Below, piece after piece: positions 47,053 through 53,324 of a stretch of DNA of 53,324 nucleotides. This DNA comes from Macrostomum lignano. Taxonomy: Eukaryota. Location of the stretch: positions 1 through 53,324 of the forward strand of contig NIVC01003769.1 of NCBI GenBank assembly GCA_002269645.1. The letters run 5' to 3'. Both the position numbers and the translations under genes were made by a program. The notes under the pieces were generated by a model that was given only the letters and a program-made list of their open reading frames with translations, ran no database searches and was not told the origin of the DNA. Numbering within the stretch: position 1 is the first letter of the stretch; the number at the start of each line of letters is the position of its first letter.

Positions 47053-47253
47053 ACGCGACATCGAACGGTTAAACTTTGAAAACGCCGGTCTATCTAAAGA
47101 GGTCGATCAACTGCGCGCCTCCGGAGGCGGCCCTGGCGCTGGCGCCGCCGCTTTTAGAGCTCCGTCGCCGTCGCCGCGACGCAACGACTTCGGCAAGGAG
47201 GCGTCGCCACCGCCTAGGGATGCTAATAAACGAGGCGCAGTTCGACAGGACAG
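47053..47253 (+). CDS. IQCE: IQCE exon 7
   Basis: tatacag|A...GAC AG|gtgaga, phases 2 to 2. Confidence 0.8.
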
Positions 47254-47274
47254 GTGAGAGACGTAAATTGAGAT

Positions 47275-47592
47275 ACCAGATGTACATGAAGGAGGCTTGT
47301 GAATCAACATTGAGATAGTACAATCAACTATGAGATAGTGAGGCTTGTCAATGTACATTGGCGATAGAGAGGCTTGTCAATGTACATTGGCGATAGAGAG
47401 GCTTGTCAATGTACATTGGCGATAGAGAGGCTTGTCAATGTACATTGGCGATAGAGAGGCTTGTCAATGTACGAGCGTACATTGGTGATAAGGAGGTTTG
47501 TGAATGTACATTTGAGATAGGGAGGCTTGTCAATGTACATCAGAGATAAGAAGGCTTCTCAATGTACATAGGAGATAGTGAGGGTTGTCAAC
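47275..47592. repeat. 29-bp minisatellite in IQCE intron 7 (same family as intron 6)
   Basis: Unit GAGGCTTGTCAATGTACATTGGCGATAGA. Confidence 0.9.
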
Positions 47593-47815
47593 ATCGACAA
47601 TAGTTAATAAATTAAATATAAAACCAGGGACCTGGGTCTGTGGAACTTAACGAACTCGTACTCAATTACCTTTGATAAAATGTATAAATTATCAATAGAA
47701 ATCGAGCTAAAAAAAGTACAACTACAACTTACTATAGTTTCACTTAATGAGGTTTCGTATTGTGTACAATAATTTTTTGCTTTAAAGAAATCTTTCCACC
47801 TTTTTTCTCTTTCAG

Positions 47816-47837
47816 AAATCGAATGCAAGAAGATGCT
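47816..47837 (+). CDS. IQCE: IQCE exon 8 (22-nt microexon)
   Basis: Strong acceptor ttttttctctttcag|A and donor GCT|gtaagt; required to bridge phase 2 to phase 0; encodes NRMQEDA. Confidence 0.78.
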
Positions 47838-47889
47838 GTAAGTTCATAATATTTTTAAAAATCCATTTTCTGACGTCTATTCTCTGGCC

Positions 47890-48435
47890 TTCCTTTCTTG
47901 GTGGACAACCCTGCCTCTTGGTGGACAACCCTGTCTCTTGGTGGACAACCCTGTCTCTTGGTGGAAAACCCTGTCTCTTGGTGGACAACCCTGTCTCTTT
48001 TTGGAAAACCCTGTCTCTTGGCGGACAACCCTCTCTTGGTGGGCGCCCCTGTCTCTTGGTGGACAACCCTGTCTCTTGGTGGACAACCCTCTCTTGGTGG
48101 GCGCCCCTGTTTCTTGGTGGACAACCCTGTCTCTTGGTGGACAACCCTGTCTCTTGGTGGACAACCCTGCTCTTGGCAGACAACCCTGTCTCTTGTTGGA
48201 CAACCCTATCTCTTGTTGGAAAACCCTGTCTCTTGGCGGACAACCCTGTCTCTTGGCGGACAACCCCGTCTCTTGGTGGATAACCCTGTCTCTTGGTGGA
48301 CAACCCTGTCTCTTAGTGGACAACCCTGTCTCTTGGTGGACACCCTGTCTCTTGGTGGACACCCTGTCTCTTGTTGGAAAACCCTGTCTCTTGTTGGAAA
48401 ACCCTGTCTCTTGTAAAACCCTGTCTATTGGTGGA
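47890..48435. repeat. 20-bp minisatellite in IQCE intron 8
   Basis: Unit TTGGTGGACAACCCTGTCTC. Confidence 0.95.
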
Positions 48436-48510
48436 CAACTCGGTCTGTCTGTGGGCCCCCTTAATTCTCTAAGGCTCTCACATTAATACACATTAATCAC
48501 ATTCCTCCAG

Positions 48511-48859
48511 GCCGTGACAAAGCTGCAGTCGGTACTCCGAGGTCACAAAGCTCGACAAGATTATTTGAATCGCGACAGACAGCAGCGGCAGCAGCGCCAA
48601 GAGTCCCCGACGCCACCAAAACCGCAGCAACGACGACAGGCCATGGACAGCAATAGTGATTACGACAGGGACAGCTTTGATAGTGGGAGATTCCGGAACA
48701 GACGTACCAGTGGCAGCCGGAACCGCGACGACCTTGGCAAGGAAGACGACATCCCGCAACGCCGACCGCGCCCAAGAAGCAATTCGAGGAGCCAGCAAGG
48801 CTCCGGAGACGATGCCGCCTCCTCCTACAGCAGGCGCAGCGGCACTGGCAGTGCTACAG
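48511..48859 (+). CDS. IQCE: IQCE exon 9 (IQ motif)
   Basis: cctccag|GCC; AVTKLQSVLRGHKARQDYL IQ motif; donor ACA G|gtgagc. Confidence 0.9.
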
Positions 48860-48879
48860 GTGAGCTGGAGTTTCTAGTG

Positions 48880-49158
48880 CTCGCTAGCGCCCTTGGTGCT
48901 GGTGCCCCTTGGTGCTGGCGCCCCTTGGTGCTGGCGCCCCTTGGTGCTGGCGCCCCTTGGTGCTGGCGCCCCTTGGTGCTAAAGCCCTTGGTGCTAAAGC
49001 CCCTTGGTGCTAAAGCCCCTTGGTGCTAAAGCCCCTTGGTGCTAAAGCCCCTTGGTGCTAAAGCCCCTTGGTGCTAAAGCCCCTTGGTGCTGGCGCCCCT
49101 TGGTGCTAAAGCCCCTTGGTGCTGGCGCTCCTTGGTGCTGGCGCCCTAAATTACGCCA
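48880..49158. repeat. 16-17-bp minisatellite in IQCE intron 9, within a probable hAT MITE remnant
   Basis: Units GCGCCCCTTGGTGCTG and AAAGCCCCTTGGTGCT; ends in AATTACGCCA, a TIR-like motif. Confidence 0.9.
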
Positions 49159-49683
49159 AAGGCTTTTGTATAGCATTATAAATGAGGATTTTCAAGAATT
49201 TAATAGTTCCACTAAAACACACTAAAAAGAAAAGGGCAGCTGAAATTGCTTTGAAAAAGTTTACAACGTGATAGCTTTGAGAGTTGTAATTTGAATGCGC
49301 AAAAGATAAGATATTGGGAATTTAGTGTGCTAAAGTACTTTTGCCTACATAAGTTTTAAATCGGAAGTGATAAATATATACTTCAAAACAAAAAACTGCG
49401 CCATATGAAACCTACCAAGACAAAAATAAGTGTAATATAACAAATAAATTGAGACAGATACTAAGATAACTTCATGTACACTTATGAGTATGATAATTGT
49501 TTTTAAACTTGTGTGTTCTTACTGGTTTATAACGTAATTATTTCTAAGAAAGTTTTTTTACAGAAAATTTAGCGATTTTAACAAATCAAAAAATATGGTG
49601 GTAAGAACGTGTATAGTAGTATTTTAAAGCATATGAATTAGTTTTTTCGCAATGGTAGCTATTTTATACTTATCTCTCCGCAG

Positions 49684-49802
49684 TTCAAGCGTCCACAGGT
49701 CGTCGCAGCAGCAATCGGCAAGGACGACCATTCGATGCCGGCTCCAGCCGAAATCGTCGCTCGATAGACGACAATGACGACGACGACGTTCTAGTTGACT
49801 AA
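49684..49802 (+). CDS. IQCE: IQCE exon 10 (terminal)
   Basis: tccgcag|TT phase 1; ends IDDNDDDDVLVD*, similar to the acidic IQCE C-terminus. Confidence 0.82.
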
Positions 49803-51847
49803 AAATTATGAAAGTTTAACTGACTGACCAAAAATTAATTTTAATTTATCTGAACTACCTTATTGAAACAATTAACCGTTATACACATGTAAATGCAGAA
49901 GATCCAGATGAATTCGCGCGCATTCTGGTGTTGTGTCAATTTTTGGATAACATATTTATTTTTTCCTATTGAATTCTACTTATAGTAGCCTTGTTTAAAC
50001 AGTCGGGCTAATATATTGATTTATCGTATATTTATACTCAAATATATACCATGGTGCACTGAATATTATAAGTTTGCAGGTTACTTTCTTTTATTAAACT
50101 TGGGTTAAGGTGGTTTTTAATTCGCTTGGATTATTTCGCATGAATTTAAATTGATTATCTAATTTAGATTAAGCAACACTAATGACTATTTCTGGGAAAT
50201 TCTATCAATTGAATGTTTTTTATACATGTGGGTTTGCTTGAACTGTGTTTGTAAAAAAGGCGAGTGTATATGGAACGCTTTTTATAGTACGCCTTGATTT
50301 TCCTATACCTTATCTTTCTCAAATAATTAAACGCACAAGAACTGTTTTATTAAACAATATTGTGATGGAAAATCTACTAATATTGAAATTTTACACTGAG
50401 TTGTAAATTTGTCTGACCACTGACGGATGTTTTTTATACTCTTAGTTTATGCATTAATTGTAATTTATTAGTTGTGAACAAACTTTCACGTTTGTTTGTT
50501 ATACTGTCTCTACGTTTTAATTAATGAAATAATCAAATGCTGTATTTATTGTAATCTTCATGCTACTATAAAATTCTATACTGAAATTCGATCTTTGCAC
50601 TCTGTCTGTTTTCTGGCGGAAAAATTAATACGACTGTAATTACGCGCTGATTGAATCTACTAGCCGTTAATTATTTTATACAGAGTAGTTTGTCTAAGCG
50701 GCATTTGATCAAAATTTTAACAATTAGTTTACAACTATTAAGTGAGATTATTTTTAGAGTACTTAGCTGCGACTAAGGGAGTTTGCTTTTGGAATTGGAA
50801 TTGGAATTTTGAAAAAAATTGATTTTTAAGGAGGGAATTAAACTACTGATTTGCCGAAAGGGAATTAATGAAGGCGCAAAATTAGTTAGCTGCTAGCTAC
50901 ATGTAATACACACACAGGCAGGGACTCTAGCCAACTTTGTTATCAGACACAAAGACTTTAAAAGGAATTAGCGTTTGTTATATCTTGCCAACAGGATCGG
51001 CCACAGACAGTAGTGGTCTCATGGCTTCGCATGTACTTTTAAAAGTCGTTACAAGTACATGTACACGTCGTTTCAACTAGTCGCACTCCATTTGAACAAA
51101 ATTTACGGCTTTAAAGTTCCTGCAATTTCGGTGTGCATGCATTTAACCCAGCACTCCAGGTAGTTTCCGGGAAAAAACATGCTTAACTTCCCAAGTCAAC
51201 CGCAACATGTGCTTAGATGACATTGTTGGCTTTCCCAAGTTTGCAAAGTATCATTGTTATGAACTAGAAAGTATGCAATGTTGTTGTCCAAATTCAACAA
51301 TCGACTTGCAAAGTTTACAAAGTACACGCCGTGTCTCTACATCCAAGTGGAAAGTACATGTACAGTAGCTACTTGAGAACTGACTCAAGAAAACATTGCG
51401 TACTTGAAAAGTACACTTATCGAATGTTCTTGGAAAACTTGGAGAGTTTCTTAGGCGGTACTTGTCTCCAGGTTGCATTGTTGATCCAGCTCCACTACAG
51501 TGAAAGTACCTGGCAACTTAGCAAGTTTTTTTCTTAGGTTACCAACCTGAGAGATTCTGCAATAAAAAAATAATCAGTATAAGACAACAGATGTCAAATT
51601 ATGACGACAAAATTTAATTTTTTATCTAAACTTAAGAGCTGAATGCAAGGATGTATAGTATAATATTCATTTTCTATTATTTCTAAGTTACTTCACTGAT
51701 CATTAAAAGTTTAAAACACGCTCTGTGCCCTATATGAATGAAAATATCAAATGCTGTCTTACTATAATGCTAGTTTATAGCTGCATTTAAAAAGTAATTA
51801 TAGTCAAGTCGGGAAAAGGCTAAATTGAAATATGTCATCGCGCAAAT

Positions 51848-52288
51848 TTAAACGGTCGGGTTATGTCCAATTTGACGTTGAGCATCGCCAAGTATGTTCT
51901 CGAGCATCTTCTCTAGATCTTCAATCTGTCGATTCATATCGTCCAGTTTGCTCAGGATCAAATCGACCATCTCTTGAAAGTGTTGCTGCATTTGGTCCAG
52001 TGAATTCTGCAGACAGGTATTGATATCGGCGGCGGCGCCTTTGATATTTGTTGTTGTTGTTTTGCTTTGATTTGCGACTGCGGCTGCTGCTGTGTTGGGA
52101 CATTTGTTGCTGGTTTCTGCTTCAACCGATGTTTCAGCGTCCATGGTTACCGCAGCGGCTGTGCGGGCCACTGTTGTGCCAGCATCAACCGTGTTGTTGT
52201 TGCATTGCAGTTGCTGCTGAGTTGCCAGTCGCGTCGGCGTCAGCTGCAGTTCGTCATCATTTCTATCCTGCTGAGCTGCCGACGACAT
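51848..52288 (-). CDS. HSBP1: Heat shock factor binding protein 1-like, N-terminally extended, single coding exon
   Basis: LQNSLDQMQQHFQEMVDLILSKLDDMNRQIEDLEKMLENIL matches HSBP1 [41 protein letters not shown]. Confidence 0.85.
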   Translation of the reverse strand: MSSAAQQDRNDDELQLTPTRLATQQQLQCNNNTVDAGTTVARTAAAVTMDAETSVEAETSNKCPNTAAAAVANQSKTTTTNIKGAAADINTCLQNSLDQMQQHFQEMVDLILSKLDDMNRQIEDLEKMLENILGDAQRQIGHNPTV

Positions 52289-52644
52289 TATATTTGTGCT
52301 CTTTATTACGAAGAGAATGCACTTTTATTTAGCGACCAAGTGATGCTCTTTGAAGCAGAACAGTCCTATCATAAAAGATTTGCTGCTGTTTAAGTAAAAT
52401 TTTTTAAAATCATATTTCTACCATAGAGAGTTTGCACTGTCAAACATGTATAATTGAAATTGCATGGATTTGTTACGTTTATCATTCCAAATCGTGAGTA
52501 ATCGATCGAGTTGTCACTTGTTGTCACTGCAGCTGATTATACCCGGTGGAATCCGCATTATAGCGCTTAACGTATACAAAATCTGTTAATATATGTACAT
52601 GTATATTAGTGTCATTTCAGCCAATTTGGCACTATATGTGTTTC

Positions 52645-52730
52645 CAGGGGCGTCTGCCATTGATTTTGTGGTGGGAGGACAAAGCCAAAGAATTTTACAT
52701 GTACATGTGCATGACTAAATTCCTACATGT
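52645..52730 (+). mobile_element. 5' fragment of a hAT-like MITE
   Basis: CAGGGGCGTCTGCC...GGAGGACAAAGCCAAAGAATT...ATGTACATGT, similar to 27030-27075. Confidence 0.5.
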
Positions 52731-53324
52731 GATGAGGACGCAATTTTTTCCCAAATCCCACGCTGGCACATGGGCTCTAAACTTGCAGCCTACTAGCAAG
52801 AGGCTATGGGCATTTCTTCTTCTCTCTATGTAATTTTCCTAGAATTCATTCTAGTAGGTAATATATGGTTTTGCCATACTAGTACTTATAATAACATAGG
52901 CGCGGCTTTTGGCGTCATAAATCATCGCTTTTGAAGCTGGTCTGACAGCCACCTGCGCCTCACTCAGTGCTGAGACTGGCGCCAGATGGTCTGAGAGGAT
53001 GCGGGCGGTAGCTTTTTTCTCATCTTTTTGACAGGCCATCAAGATTTATGAGGTCAGGGCCTATTGTTCGTGTTCACTCAAGCGCTGTGACAGCTTTGAC
53101 AGCTATGCGTTTTACACTTTGGGATTAGCGATTAGCGATTTCTCTTCATTATCTTCACTTTCTACTTAATAAGAGCTTTCTAATGTATTTATTTCATTAA
53201 TTTTTGTCATTCCTACGCGAAAGGTCATAAATCATTATGTAGCGATTTTGAGTTATTATGACCGCACCTGTCGTATTTTTATGGCCCGAGGAAACTGATA
53301 GGATCTCTTGGTCACGTGAGTTTG

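Noticed and set aside
52851-53042. 63-aa minus-strand ORF
   Set aside because: Moderately coding-like, but no recognisable homology or splice context within the window, so it cannot be supported

Overview
Animal genomic DNA. GC-rich exons with polyQ/polyA tracts, minisatellite-packed introns and scattered single-base indels resemble a Macrostomum-like flatworm long-read assembly; the species is an inference. Gene models were built by hand from GT/AG boundaries with matching intron phases. (1) The last two exons of a single-minded-like bHLH-PAS gene (+, 1071-3068), with three apparent 1-bp deletions. (2) Two tandem VAP/MSP-domain genes with identical intron positions (-): a canonical copy at 10360-13888 and a divergent copy at 4160-5870. 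(3) An unrecognised 4-exon gene of about 983 aa (+, 29292-33937). (4) A 2-exon gene resembling a transmembrane adaptor (-, 37157-38481): signal peptide, tiny ectodomain, one TM helix and a tyrosine-motif tail. (5) A 10-exon IQCE orthologue (+, 41741-49802) with a 22-nt microexon and one apparent 1-bp insertion. (6) An intronless, N-terminally extended HSBP1-like gene (-, 51848-52288). The rest includes about 25 distinct mini/microsatellites, a nested TE cluster at 23-29 kb (MITEs, a solo LTR with a 4-bp TSD, a deleted Gypsy gag-pro element), a second Gypsy gag relic, and hAT MITEs. Most long ORFs in the supplied track are artefacts of tandem repeats. The most interesting observations are the adaptor-like gene, the divergent VAP paralog, the orphan ~983-aa gene, and the pattern that nearly every intron carries its own minisatellite, several apparently seeded by hAT MITEs.
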